From Acidimicrobiales bacterium (GTDB taxonomy: Bacteria; Actinomycetota; Acidimicrobiia; Acidimicrobiales; Bog-793), in assembly GCA_050010115.1 (NCBI GenBank), contig JBEKLQ010000001.1, positions 5,091-69,090 on the forward strand: a stretch of DNA of 64,000 nt. The letters are read 5' to 3'. A program made the translations under genes and the position numbers. This document shows, in pieces, positions 18,581 to 28,259 of this stretch. The first letter of the stretch is position 1, and every line of letters begins with the position of its first letter. The notes under the pieces were generated by a model. It was not told the origin of the DNA. It ran no database searches and saw only the letters and a list, made by a program, of their open reading frames with translations.

Positions 18581-19108
18581 ATGGGCAGCCTGGACAGCTA
18601 CCTTCCCATCTTCTTCATGATCGTGCTCGGCGCCGCCTTCGCGGGGCTTTCGCTCGTCGCGTCCAAACTCCTCGCCCCCCAGCGGCCGACTGCCGCCAAA
18701 GAGGCGCCGTACGAGTGTGGGATCGTGCCCGAACATGAGCCTGCCAAGCGGTTCCCCGTGCGCTTCTACCTCGTGGCGATGATCTTCATCGTCTTCGATA
18801 TCGAGGTGATCTTCCTGTTCCCATGGGCGGTCGTGGCGGGGCAGCTCGGGCGTTTTGGCCTGGCGGAGATCGTCGTGTTCGCCGCCGCCGTGTTCATCTC
18901 CTTCGTCTACCTGATCTCGAATGGAGCCTTGGACTGGGGCCCGATCAAGCGGGTACAGCCAATAGGGTCCGAGGCTCGGACTGCGGCGTCCACCGTCCGG
19001 CGGGTCCCCCCAGCGGGGCCGCGCGGCCCGGCCGGCGCCCCGGGTGACGACGTCGAGCCGATCGAACCTGCGCCTGCTGCCGGCTCGCCCGGCGGCGAAG
19101 CCGCCTGA
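18581..19108 (+). CDS. nuoA: NADH-quinone oxidoreductase subunit A, with a ~55-aa Pro/Ala-rich C-terminal tail
   Basis: '[40 protein letters not shown]'. Confidence 0.9.
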   Translation: MGSLDSYLPIFFMIVLGAAFAGLSLVASKLLAPQRPTAAKEAPYECGIVPEHEPAKRFPVRFYLVAMIFIVFDIEVIFLFPWAVVAGQLGRFGLAEIVVFAAAVFISFVYLISNGALDWGPIKRVQPIGSEARTAASTVRRVPPAGPRGPAGAPGDDVEPIEPAPAAGSPGGEAA

Positions 19109-19124
19109 GGCGAGGAGGCGAGAC

Positions 19125-19694
19125 ATGGGACTCGAGAACGTCCCGCACAACTTCCTCACCGGCCGCATCGAGGACCTCGTCCAGTGGGCGAGGAAATCGA
19201 GCGTCTGGCCGGCGACGTTCGGCCTGGCTTGCTGCGCCATCGAGATGATGTCGGCAGGCGCAGCGGACTTCGATCTCGCGCGTTTCGGCATGGAGGTGTT
19301 CCGGGCCTCGCCCCGCCAGGCTGACCTGATGGTCGTTGCCGGCCGCGTCTCGCAGAAGATGGCACCTGTCCTCCGCCAGGTCTACGACCAGATGGTCGAG
19401 CCGAAGTGGGTCATCTCCATGGGGGTGTGCGCGTCGTCGGGTGGCATGTTCAACAACTACGCCATCGTGCAGGGCGTCGACCAGATCGTGCCGGTCGACG
19501 TCTACGCGCCGGGCTGCCCGCCCGGGCCGGAGACGCTCATTCACGCGATCCTCACGCTGCACGAGAAGATCCGTACGGGCGACCTCATGCGCCGGCCGTC
19601 CGAGGGGATCGGCGAAGGCATCCGGGTGAGCGAGCCGGTGCCCGGCTGGGTCCAGCCTGGCGAGTCGCCTGTCCACCTGGGGACCCCGCGTTGA
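19125..19694 (+). CDS. nuoB: NADH-quinone oxidoreductase subunit B
   Basis: '[15 protein letters not shown]' and 'GCPPGPE' (N2 cluster ligands). ATG 19125 is preceded by GAGGAGG. The track ORF start at 19044 overlaps nuoA. Confidence 0.92.
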   Translation: MGLENVPHNFLTGRIEDLVQWARKSSVWPATFGLACCAIEMMSAGAADFDLARFGMEVFRASPRQADLMVVAGRVSQKMAPVLRQVYDQMVEPKWVISMGVCASSGGMFNNYAIVQGVDQIVPVDVYAPGCPPGPETLIHAILTLHEKIRTGDLMRRPSEGIGEGIRVSEPVPGWVQPGESPVHLGTPR

Positions 19695-20194
19695 CCGACC
19701 TTTCCGATCTCGCCACGCTGCCCTCAGTAGCGGGTCAGCCGCTGACGACAGCCCGCGGCATCGTCGTCATTCACCCGAGCCGCGACGCCTACCTCGGCGT
19801 CGCCGGCGACCTTCATGACGTCGGGTTCGACCTGTGTTCCGATCTGTGTGCCGTCGACTACTTGCGGCACCCCGGCCGGGATCTGCCGCCGGGTGTCGAA
19901 GGCGAGCGTTTCGAGGTCGTCGTGAACCTCACGTCCCTCGCTCGCCGGCAGCGGGTGCGGATCCGCATCCAGGTGCCCGAGAGCGATCCCAGCCTGCCGA
20001 GCCTCGTCGGCCTGTACCCCGGGACCGAGGCCATGGAGCGGGAGGCCTACGACATGTTCGGCATCGTCTTCCGGGGTCACCCTGATCTCACCCGGATCCT
20101 GATGCCCGACGACTGGGAAGGGCACCCGCTGCGCAAGGACTACTCCGTCGGCCGAGTGCCGGTGCAATTCAAGGAAGCTCCGGGCCCGCGATGA
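19691..20194 (+). CDS. nuoC: NADH-quinone oxidoreductase subunit C
   Basis: '[12 protein letters not shown]...[43 protein letters not shown]'. The likely TTG start at 19691 overlaps the nuoB stop. Confidence 0.82.
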   Translation: MTDLSDLATLPSVAGQPLTTARGIVVIHPSRDAYLGVAGDLHDVGFDLCSDLCAVDYLRHPGRDLPPGVEGERFEVVVNLTSLARRQRVRIRIQVPESDPSLPSLVGLYPGTEAMEREAYDMFGIVFRGHPDLTRILMPDDWEGHPLRKDYSVGRVPVQFKEAPGPR

Positions 20195-21468
20195 CTGATC
20201 AAGAGAACGCCCGCCCGACCATCGCCGATCACGACACGGGCATCCTCCGGCTCCCTGAAGACGTCGTGCTGGACCCTGGAGGCCTCGGCGACGATTTCGG
20301 TGAGGACGAGCCCATGATCATCAACATGGGGCCGCAGCACCCGTCGACCCACGGTGTGCTCCGGATCGTCCTGGAGCTCGAAGGCGAGACCGTCCTTCGC
20401 TCCAAGCCCGTCATCGGCTACCTGCACACCGGGATGGAGAAGACCGGCGAGGAGCTCACCTACGTGCAAGGGGCGACGAACGTCACCCGGATGGACTACC
20501 TCGCGCCGCTCCACAACGAGCTCGTGTACTCGCTCGCGGTCGAAGAGCTCCTCGATATCGAGATTCCTCCACGGGCCACATGGATCCGGATGCTCATGTG
20601 CGAGCTGAACCGCATCTCGTCTCATGTCATGTGGACTGCCACGAACGGCATGGACCTCGCATCCACCTCGATGATGATCTACGGGTTCCGCGAGCGGGAG
20701 ATGATCCTGTCGTTCTTCGAGAAGACGACCGGCTTGCGGATGAACCACAACTACATCCGCCCTGGCGGCGTCGCCGCCGACTTGCCGGACGGATGGGAGG
20801 ACGACGTCGCCGCCATCATCGACACGATCCCGGGCCGGCTGGACGAATACGACGACCTCCTGACGGGCCAGCCGATCTTCCGCGAGCGCTGCGAGGGCGT
20901 CGGCATCATCAGCCCTGAGCTGGCGATCGCGCTGGGAGCGACCGGCCCCATCCTGCGGGCGAGCGGTGTCGAGTGGGACCTGCGCCAGTCGATGCCCTAC
21001 CTGTTCTACGACCAGGTCGACTTCGACGTCATCGTGGGCACGGTCGGCGACACCTTCGATCGCTATGCCGTGCGCCTGAACGAGATCCGGGAGTCGTGCC
21101 GCATCGTCGCCCAGATCCTCGAGAAGCTCCCTCGCGGCGACTACCGCTCGCAGGACAAGAAGGTGACCCCGCCGCCGCGCGCTCGCATCGACGAGTCGAT
21201 GGAGGCGTTGATCCACCACTTCAAGATCTTCACCAGGGGTTTCGAGGTGCCGGCGGGCGAGGTGTACACCGCCATCGAGTCACCGCGAGGCGAGCTGGGC
21301 TGCTACCTCGTGTCGGACGGGACGAACAAGCCCTACCGGTTGCACGTGAGGGCGCCGAGTTTCGTGAACCTCCAGTCCCTTCCCGCTCTGCTTCGCGGCG
21401 GGCTCATCGCGGACGCCATCGCAATCATCTCCTCGGTCGACCCGGTGATGGGGGAGGTGGATCGCTGA
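20191..21468 (+). CDS. nuoD: NADH-quinone oxidoreductase subunit D
   Basis: 'MIINMGPQHPSTHGVLR' and 'GYLHTGMEK'. ATGA overlap with nuoC. Confidence 0.94.
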   Translation: MTDQENARPTIADHDTGILRLPEDVVLDPGGLGDDFGEDEPMIINMGPQHPSTHGVLRIVLELEGETVLRSKPVIGYLHTGMEKTGEELTYVQGATNVTRMDYLAPLHNELVYSLAVEELLDIEIPPRATWIRMLMCELNRISSHVMWTATNGMDLASTSMMIYGFREREMILSFFEKTTGLRMNHNYIRPGGVAADLPDGWEDDVAAIIDTIPGRLDEYDDLLTGQPIFRERCEGVGIISPELAIALGATGPILRASGVEWDLRQSMPYLFYDQVDFDVIVGTVGDTFDRYAVRLNEIRESCRIVAQILEKLPRGDYRSQDKKVTPPPRARIDESMEALIHHFKIFTRGFEVPAGEVYTAIESPRGELGCYLVSDGTNKPYRLHVRAPSFVNLQSLPALLRGGLIADAIAIISSVDPVMGEVDR

Positions 21469-22178
21469 TGGCGGAGCAGGGTCTCAGCGCGGAGAACCTC
21501 GCAAAAGCCGAATCGATCATCGCTTGCTACCCCGAGCGGCGGTCTGCCCTCATCCCCTTGTGTCACCTTGCACAGGCTCAGCACGGCTACCTCACGAATG
21601 AGTCGATGGAGGACATCGCCGAGCTGGTCGGCTGCTCGCCGGCCGAGGTCCGGGGCACGGCGAGCTTCTACGACATGCTGCACACCGAACCGGTCGGCCG
21701 GTACGTGTTCGCCGTCTGCACCAACATCGCCTGCATGCTGGCGGGCGCCTACGAAGTGCTCTCGCACGCCGAGCAGCATCTCGGCATCCGGGTGGGCCAG
21801 ACGACCCACGACGGCTTGTTCACCCTCGAGGAGGCCGAGTGCCTCGCCGGGTGTGACAAGGCGGTGTGCGTACAGGTGAACCATCGTTTCTTCGGCCCGA
21901 TCGACTCCGAAGCCTTCGACCAGCTCGCCCACGATCTCGCCGATGGTGGGCTCGCCGGCACCGTTCCGCCCCACGGCGTGCTGAGCCGCGTCAACCGGAG
22001 CGTCGGCATGCCGGCAAAGGCGCACGCCGCCAAGGCCGGCGGTGGCGCCGGCGGTGCCGCGAACGGCGGTGCTGCGAATTCTGCCACTGCCCTGGAAGAG
22101 GCAGCCGATGCCGCCGCGACACAGGCTGCCGGCGGCGCCACCGCCGGCCAGGGCTCTGCAATCGGGAGCGGCTCGTGA
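21468..22178 (+). CDS. nuoE: NADH-quinone oxidoreductase subunit E, with an Ala/Gly-rich C-terminal tail
   Basis: 'RSALIPLCHLAQAQHGYL', 'CTNIACMLAG' and 'ECLAGCDKAVCVQVN' ([2Fe-2S] ligands). ATG 21468 overlaps the nuoD stop. Confidence 0.9.
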   Translation: MAEQGLSAENLAKAESIIACYPERRSALIPLCHLAQAQHGYLTNESMEDIAELVGCSPAEVRGTASFYDMLHTEPVGRYVFAVCTNIACMLAGAYEVLSHAEQHLGIRVGQTTHDGLFTLEEAECLAGCDKAVCVQVNHRFFGPIDSEAFDQLAHDLADGGLAGTVPPHGVLSRVNRSVGMPAKAHAAKAGGGAGGAANGGAANSATALEEAADAAATQAAGGATAGQGSAIGSGS

Positions 22179-23497
22179 TCACGGATCACCCCCGCATCGT
22201 CACGGCCCGCATGGGCCACGAGGACTCGTACACGCTCGCCCGCTACCTCGCCACCGGTGGTTACGAGGGCCTTCGCAAGGCGCTCGGGATGACGCCCGAG
22301 CAGGTGCACGACGAGGTCAACGCCGCCAGCCTCCTCGGGCGCGGAGGTGCCGGCTTCCCGGCCGGCCGGAAGTGGTCGATGATGCGGGAAGCACCGACGA
22401 CCTATCTCGTCGTCAACGGTGACGAGAGCGAGCCGGCCACGTTCAAGGACCACCTCCTCATCGAACGGGTCCCCCACCAGATCATCGAGGGAACGATCAT
22501 CGCCGCCTACGCCACCGGCGCGGCGGCGGCGTTCATCTTCTGCCGCGGTGAATTCGCGCTCGGGTTGGAGCGCCTCACGCAGGCGTGCAACGACGCATAC
22601 CAGCACGGGGCGCTCGGTGGGGAGATATTCGGGTCGGGTTACTCGCTGGATCTCGTCATCCACCCGGGTGCGGGCGCCTACATCTGCGGCGAGGAGACGG
22701 CGTTGCTCGAGAGCCTCGAGGGCAAGCGCGGTTTCCCTCGGATCAAGCCCCCGTACTTCCCGGCGGCGATCGGCCTGTACGGGCAGCCGACGGCCGTGAA
22801 CAACGTCGAAACGATAGCGAACCTGCCGTGGATCGTGCTGAACACCGGTGCCGCCTTCTCAGCACTCGGGGAGGGATCGTCGGCCGGCACGCGCCTCTTC
22901 GCCCTGTCCGGCCACGTGGAACGACCCGGCTGGTACGAGGTCGAGATGTCGAAGACGACGTTCCGCGACCTCATCTACGACAAGTCGCTCGGCGCCGGCG
23001 TGCGGGGCGGCCGGGAGCTCAAAGCCTTCATTCCCGGCGGCGTATCGGCTCCGTGGTTCTTTCCGGAGCACCTCGACATGGGCCTCGACCAGGACGCTGT
23101 CGGGAAGGCGGGCTCGATGCTCGGCTCCGGCTCCGTCGTGGTGATGGACGAGACGGCGTGCCCGGTGCGGGCGGCTTGGCGGATCACTCGTTTCTTCCAA
23201 CGGGAGTCCTGTGGCGAGTGCACTCCGTGCCGTGAGGGCAGCGGGTGGGTCGAGAAGATCCTGAGGAGGATCGAGGACGGTTTCGGGCGCGAGGAGGACC
23301 TCGAGTTGTTGCTCGACGCCTGCGACAACATCGCCCCGGGGTTGAGCTGGCCGCCCAAGCAGACCACGATCTGCGTCCTCGGCTCGTCGATCCCGTCGTC
23401 CATCGTGTCCGGGATCACCCGTTTCCGTGACGAGTTCCTCCTGCACGTGAAAGAAGGCGGCTGCCCTTTTTCCGCGGACGAGGTGCGGCATGCCTGA
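22175..23497 (+). CDS. nuoF: NADH-quinone oxidoreductase subunit F
   Basis: 'LLGRGGAGFPAGRKWS', 'NGDESEPATFKD' and 'ESCGECTPCREG'. GTG 22175 overlaps the nuoE stop. Confidence 0.93.
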   Translation: MITDHPRIVTARMGHEDSYTLARYLATGGYEGLRKALGMTPEQVHDEVNAASLLGRGGAGFPAGRKWSMMREAPTTYLVVNGDESEPATFKDHLLIERVPHQIIEGTIIAAYATGAAAAFIFCRGEFALGLERLTQACNDAYQHGALGGEIFGSGYSLDLVIHPGAGAYICGEETALLESLEGKRGFPRIKPPYFPAAIGLYGQPTAVNNVETIANLPWIVLNTGAAFSALGEGSSAGTRLFALSGHVERPGWYEVEMSKTTFRDLIYDKSLGAGVRGGRELKAFIPGGVSAPWFFPEHLDMGLDQDAVGKAGSMLGSGSVVVMDETACPVRAAWRITRFFQRESCGECTPCREGSGWVEKILRRIEDGFGREEDLELLLDACDNIAPGLSWPPKQTTICVLGSSIPSSIVSGITRFRDEFLLHVKEGGCPFSADEVRHA

Positions 23498-26348
23498 GAT
23501 CGTCGTCGACGGCCGTGCCGTCGAAGCCTTCGATGGTGAGCTCATCATCGAGGCTGCCGAGCGTGCCGGGGTCTTCATCCCTCGCTTCTGCTACCACCCG
23601 AGGATGAAGCCGGTCGGCATGTGCCGCATGTGCCTTGTCGAGGTGTCCGGGCCACGTGGCGCCACGTTGCAGCCGGCTTGTTATGTGTCGGTCTCCGATG
23701 GCCAGGAGATCTCGACGGAATCCCCGGCGGCCCGCAAGGCCCAGGAGGGAGTTCTCGAGTTTCTCCTCGTCAACCACCCGCTCGATTGCCCGGTCTGCGA
23801 CAAGGGCGGCGAATGCCCGCTGCAGGATCAGGCGGTCTCCCACGGGCCCGGTGAGACTCGCTTCAACGAGGAGAAGCGTCACTGGGCCAAGCCCATCTCC
23901 CTCGGCCCCCTCACCTTGCTCGACCGGGAGCGCTGCATCCAGTGTGCCCGCTGCACCCGGTTTGCCGAGGAGATCGCCGGCGAGCCGCTCATCGACTTCT
24001 TCGGGCGCGGTGACAAGATCGAAGTGGCCGTCTTCCCCGACCGCCCGTTCACGTCGTACTTCAGTGGCAACACGGTGCAGATCTGTCCGGTGGGCGCGCT
24101 CACCTCAGTGCCGTACCGTTTCAAGTCCCGGCCGTGGGACCTCGAGCAGGTGGAGTCGACGTGCACGTACTGCGCCGTCGGCTGCCGTGTAGCCGTGCAG
24201 TCATCTGCCGGCTCGCTGGTGCGCTATCTCGGCATCGACTCCGAGCCCGTGAACCAGAGCTGGCTGTGCGACCGCGGCCGCTATGGCTTCGAGGCGAGCT
24301 CCAGCTCCGACCGGCTGACGAGTCCGCTCGTCCGGCGCGACGGCGAGCTCACCCGCGTCGGCTGGAACGAGGCGCTGCAGGAGGTCGCGAGCGGCATCCG
24401 CAAGGCGTCCGAGGCCGCGGGCTCGGGCTCATCGGTCGGCATCATCGGCGGTGCGCGGTTGGCGAACGAGGATGCATACGCCTGGTCGAAGCTCGCCCGG
24501 ACGGTCATCGGCACGGACAACGTCGACGCCCAGCTGGCCGATGGGCTTCCGGCCGAGCTGGTGCTCGGCTTGCCGCGGGCGACGATCGCCGATACCTGCT
24601 CGGCCAAGGCCGTCGTCGTGCTCGCCGGCGACCTCCGGGAGGAGCTACCTGTACTGCACCTGCGGCTCCGTACCGCCGCGGCCCACTCCGGCGTCCCGAT
24701 CATCGACTGCTCCCCGGTGCCGACGTCGCTGGCGGCGATCGCCTCGTCATCGCTCACCTATCGCCCTGGCGAGAGCGTGGCACTCGCCAGGGCGCTCGCT
24801 TCGTTCCAAGGCGCGGCGGAGATGCCTGGCGCTGCGGCGGAAGTGCCTGGCGCTGCGGCGGAGGTGCGTGGCGCTGCGGCGGAGGTGCCTGGCGCTGCGG
24901 CGGAGGTGCGTGGCGCTGCGGTGGAAGTGCCTGGCATCGCGGCCGAGCGCTGGGCACGTGTCAGCGAGGTGCTGGGAGCCGCGCTGTCGAATGCGCCCGA
25001 CGGGAGCGGGATCGTCGTCGTCCTCGGCCGCCCGTCCCTCACTGAGTCGCCCGATCAGTTGGCGGTTGCGGCGGGGGTATTGGCTGAGGCGTGGCCAGGG
25101 GCTCGTTTCTTGCCGGCGCTGCGGCGGGCGAATGTACTCGGCGCCCTCGACATGGGGCTCGCTCCCGGCGTCCTGCCGGGCCGCGTGTCACTCGCGGACG
25201 GAGCCGAATGGTTTGCCGAGCGGTGGGGATCGCTACCCGAGGACCGTGGGCTCGACACGACAGAGATGCTCGAAGCGGCAGCCAGCGGCGAGCTCACGGC
25301 GCTCGTTCTCGTCGGCGCCGATCCGCTTGCCGACTTCCCTGACCGTGATCTCGCGACACGGGCCCTCGAAGCGATCCCGTTCCTGGTGGCGGTCGACATC
25401 TTCGGCAACGCATCCGTGCAGCTCGCCGATGTCGTGCTCCCTGCGGCCGCGTCCGTGGAGCGAGGCGGCTCGACGACCAATATCGAGGGTCGGGTGACGC
25501 GCCTCGCGCAGAAGGTCGTGCCTCCCGGCGTGGCCCGGGCGGACTGGATGATCGCCGCCGGGATCGCCGAGACGATGGGAGCCGACCTGGGACTGGAGAG
25601 TCTCGAAGGCATCTGGCGCGAGATCGAGCAGGTCGCCCCGTCTCACCATGGCTGCACCCTGTCCGCGCTGCACGGGCACGATGGAGCTGACGGGATCGTG
25701 GTCCCGGTCGCTTCCGCTCCGGTCGGGATCGGCGCCGGCGGGCGCGATGCAGCTCACGGTGGCGTTCGCTCGATCGACCCGATCGCCACCCCGGGCATCG
25801 CATCGGTCTACGAGCAGGGTGCGCCGCTCGACGTCGGCGCAGCCACGGACGCCGGCGGCGGCGCAGCCACTGACGCCCGCGGCGCAGCCACTGACGCCGG
25901 CGGCGCACCCACGGACACCGGGCCTGAGGCTGGTCCCACCGAGCGGCCAGTCTCGAGGCCTGCACTGATGACCGTGAGGCCGGGGCAGTTCACCGCGCCG
26001 GTGTCACCGCAACCGGACGGTTACGCGTTCCGGCTCGTCACGAGGCGGGCGCTGTACGACCACGGCACGCTCGTGCAGGCGGCGCCGTCACTGGCGCCGC
26101 TGGCGCCGACCCAGGCGCTGCGGCTCCGGTCGAAGGAGATCGAGCAGCTCGGCGTCCGCGAAGGTGACGAGGTCCGGGTCCGAAGCGCGGCGGCAGAGTT
26201 GATCGTGCCAGTCGTTGTCGACGACACGCTGCCGGCAGGAGTCACCGTGCTTCCCGTCGGTCTCGTGCCGGTGGACGAGCCGAGCGCTACCGTCCTGATC
26301 GACTCGTCGTCGGTAGTGTCCGAGGTGCGCGTGGAGACGCTGGGCTGA
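23490..26348 (+). CDS. nuoG: NADH-quinone oxidoreductase subunit G (952 aa, enlarged by two internal repeat insertions)
   Basis: 'IPRFCYHPRMKPVGMCRMCLVEV', 'HPLDCPVCDKGGECPLQD', 'RCIQCARCTRF' and a molybdopterin-like domain. Confidence 0.93.
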   Translation: MPEIVVDGRAVEAFDGELIIEAAERAGVFIPRFCYHPRMKPVGMCRMCLVEVSGPRGATLQPACYVSVSDGQEISTESPAARKAQEGVLEFLLVNHPLDCPVCDKGGECPLQDQAVSHGPGETRFNEEKRHWAKPISLGPLTLLDRERCIQCARCTRFAEEIAGEPLIDFFGRGDKIEVAVFPDRPFTSYFSGNTVQICPVGALTSVPYRFKSRPWDLEQVESTCTYCAVGCRVAVQSSAGSLVRYLGIDSEPVNQSWLCDRGRYGFEASSSSDRLTSPLVRRDGELTRVGWNEALQEVASGIRKASEAAGSGSSVGIIGGARLANEDAYAWSKLARTVIGTDNVDAQLADGLPAELVLGLPRATIADTCSAKAVVVLAGDLREELPVLHLRLRTAAAHSGVPIIDCSPVPTSLAAIASSSLTYRPGESVALARALASFQGAAEMPGAAAEVPGAAAEVRGAAAEVPGAAAEVRGAAVEVPGIAAERWARVSEVLGAALSNAPDGSGIVVVLGRPSLTESPDQLAVAAGVLAEAWPGARFLPALRRANVLGALDMGLAPGVLPGRVSLADGAEWFAERWGSLPEDRGLDTTEMLEAAASGELTALVLVGADPLADFPDRDLATRALEAIPFLVAVDIFGNASVQLADVVLPAAASVERGGSTTNIEGRVTRLAQKVVPPGVARADWMIAAGIAETMGADLGLESLEGIWREIEQVAPSHHGCTLSALHGHDGADGIVVPVASAPVGIGAGGRDAAHGGVRSIDPIATPGIASVYEQGAPLDVGAATDAGGGAATDARGAATDAGGAPTDTGPEAGPTERPVSRPALMTVRPGQFTAPVSPQPDGYAFRLVTRRALYDHGTLVQAAPSLAPLAPTQALRLRSKEIEQLGVREGDEVRVRSAAAELIVPVVVDDTLPAGVTVLPVGLVPVDEPSATVLIDSSSVVSEVRVETLG
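24813..24938. repeat. In-frame 21-bp tandem repeat x6 (GCGGCGGAGGTGCCTGGCGCT) inside nuoG
   Basis: Six consecutive 21-bp units start at 24813. They encode 'AAEMPGAAAEVPGAAAEVRGAAAEVPGAAAEVRGAAVEVPGI'. Confidence 0.9.
25836..25922. repeat. In-frame 21/24-bp tandem repeat x4 (GGCGCAGCCACTGACGCCGGC) inside nuoG
   Basis: Units at 25836, 25860, 25881 and 25902. They encode 'GAATDAGGGAATDARGAATDAGGAPTDTG'. Confidence 0.85.
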
Positions 26349-27574
26349 TGGGCGACCAACTGTTCATTCACGGCGTCGACTTCGGCGCGCTGGTCATCGC
26401 CCTGGTGAAGGCCGTGGTCACCTTTGCCGTCTTGATGGTCTCCGTGATGCTGATGATCTGGTTCGAGCGCAAGGTCATCTCGGACATGCAGAATCGCATC
26501 GGGCCGAACCGAGCCGGGCCGTTCGGCATCCTGCAGACGCTCGCCGACGGAATCAAGCTGTTCTTCAAGGAAGACCTGATGCCTCTCGAGGCGGATCGGG
26601 TCGTGTTCAAGCTCGCTCCGTACCTCGCCTTGCTGCCGGCATTGCTGGTGTTCGCGATCGTGCCGGTCGGCGGCGTCGTCACGATCGCCCATCACATCGT
26701 CGAGCTGCAGTTGGCCGATCCGCCGATGGGAGTTCTCTTCCTACTCGCGATGTCGTCCGTGGCCGTCTACGGGACAATGCTCGCCGGCTGGTCGTCGGGC
26801 TCGAAGTACCCGTTGCTCGGCTCAGTCCGGGCCAGTGCCCAGATGATCTCCTACGAGGTCGCGATGGGGTTGTCGGTCGTCGCCGTCATCCTCGAGAGCC
26901 ACTCGCTGTCGACCCGGACGATCGTTGCCACCCAGGCGTCGAGCGTCCTGCACTGGAACGTGTTCCGCACTGGCATCGTCCCGTTCGTGGTGTTCGCGAT
27001 CGCCATCACCGCCGAGCTCAACCGCCCACCGTTCGACCTGACCGAGGGCGAGCAGGAGCTGGTCGGCGGGTTCCACACCGAGTACAGCTCGCTCCGGTTC
27101 GCACTGTTCTTCATGGCCGAGTTCATGAACGTCATCACGATGTCGGCGATCATGGTGACGCTGTTCTTCGGGGGGCCCGACGGTCCCGGCTTCCACACTC
27201 TGCCGTGGCTCTGGCCGATCCTTTGGTTCGCCGGCAAGACGCTGGTCTTCCTCTACATCTATGTCTGGGTCCGGGCGGCCCTGCCGCGGATGCGCTACGA
27301 CCAGCTGATGGATCTGGGTTGGAAGTTCCTGATCCCGGGATCGCTCGCCTGGCTGCTCGTCATCGACGGCGTCGGCGTCAGCAGGTGGTGGGCGGCGGGT
27401 GTGTTCGCCGGCTGCCTCCTCGCGTGGGTGATCCTGCACCAGTGCCTCATGGTGAGCCGCCAACGGCGCGACCTCGAGGCTGATGCCGCAGCACGCGGAC
27501 GCGAGGGCCAGGGGGCTGACCAGGGCCAGCTGCGATCGGTGCCGAGCGAGAGCAATCTGGGAGGCGCGGGCTGA
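26348..27574 (+). CDS. nuoH: NADH-quinone oxidoreductase subunit H
   Basis: 'ERKVISDMQNRIGPNRAGPFGILQTLADGIKL' and 'ELNRPPFDLTEGEQELVGGFHTEYS'. Confidence 0.94.
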   Translation: MGDQLFIHGVDFGALVIALVKAVVTFAVLMVSVMLMIWFERKVISDMQNRIGPNRAGPFGILQTLADGIKLFFKEDLMPLEADRVVFKLAPYLALLPALLVFAIVPVGGVVTIAHHIVELQLADPPMGVLFLLAMSSVAVYGTMLAGWSSGSKYPLLGSVRASAQMISYEVAMGLSVVAVILESHSLSTRTIVATQASSVLHWNVFRTGIVPFVVFAIAITAELNRPPFDLTEGEQELVGGFHTEYSSLRFALFFMAEFMNVITMSAIMVTLFFGGPDGPGFHTLPWLWPILWFAGKTLVFLYIYVWVRAALPRMRYDQLMDLGWKFLIPGSLAWLLVIDGVGVSRWWAAGVFAGCLLAWVILHQCLMVSRQRRDLEADAAARGREGQGADQGQLRSVPSESNLGGAG

Positions 27575-28254
27575 TGTTGCCGCCACTGTTCAGGGGTTTC
27601 AAAGTCACGATGCGTCAGGTGATGGAGCCGCGCGTCACGACCGAGTACCCCAAGGTCAAGCAGCCAAAACCACCCCGTCTCCACGGCCGTCACGTCCTCA
27701 ACCGGTACGAGGACGGCATGGAGAAGTGCATCGGCTGCGAGCTGTGTGCAGCGGTCTGCCCGGCTGACTGCATCTACGTGCGCGGGGCCGACAACGACCC
27801 TGAGAAGCCGGTGTCGCCAGGGGAGCGGTTTGGCTTCGTCTACGAGATCAACTACCTCCGTTGCATCCACTGCGACCTGTGTGTCGAGGCCTGCCCAACC
27901 CAGGCGATCACCGAGACCAAGATGTTCGAGTTCTCCTTCACCAACCGTGCCGACGCCATCTACACGAAGTCCGAGCTCGTGGTCGGCGACGACGGCAAGC
28001 CCCAGCAGCTCCCGTGGGAGGACTGGCGGGAGGGCGACGACCAGCACACCTCCGCTTGGATGCGGGCAACATCGCCGTCCGGTTCGGCGGACTACGAGGG
28101 CGAAGTGCAGTGGTCGGGTGAGCTCGGCTACGGCGTGCGCTTTCCCGAAGGTGGCCAGAGCGACAAGCGTGACGACGCCGCCACGGGCAACATGTCGGTC
28201 CGGGTCACCGAGCGCGACAAGATCTCCCGCCGCCTCGGCGGTAAGGCGCGCTGA
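27574..28254 (+). CDS. nuoI: NADH-quinone oxidoreductase subunit I
   Basis: Two 4Fe-4S motifs, 'CIGCELCAAVCP' and 'CIHCDLCVEACP'. Confidence 0.94.
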   Translation: MLPPLFRGFKVTMRQVMEPRVTTEYPKVKQPKPPRLHGRHVLNRYEDGMEKCIGCELCAAVCPADCIYVRGADNDPEKPVSPGERFGFVYEINYLRCIHCDLCVEACPTQAITETKMFEFSFTNRADAIYTKSELVVGDDGKPQQLPWEDWREGDDQHTSAWMRATSPSGSADYEGEVQWSGELGYGVRFPEGGQSDKRDDAATGNMSVRVTERDKISRRLGGKAR

Positions 28255-28259
28255 CGAGC

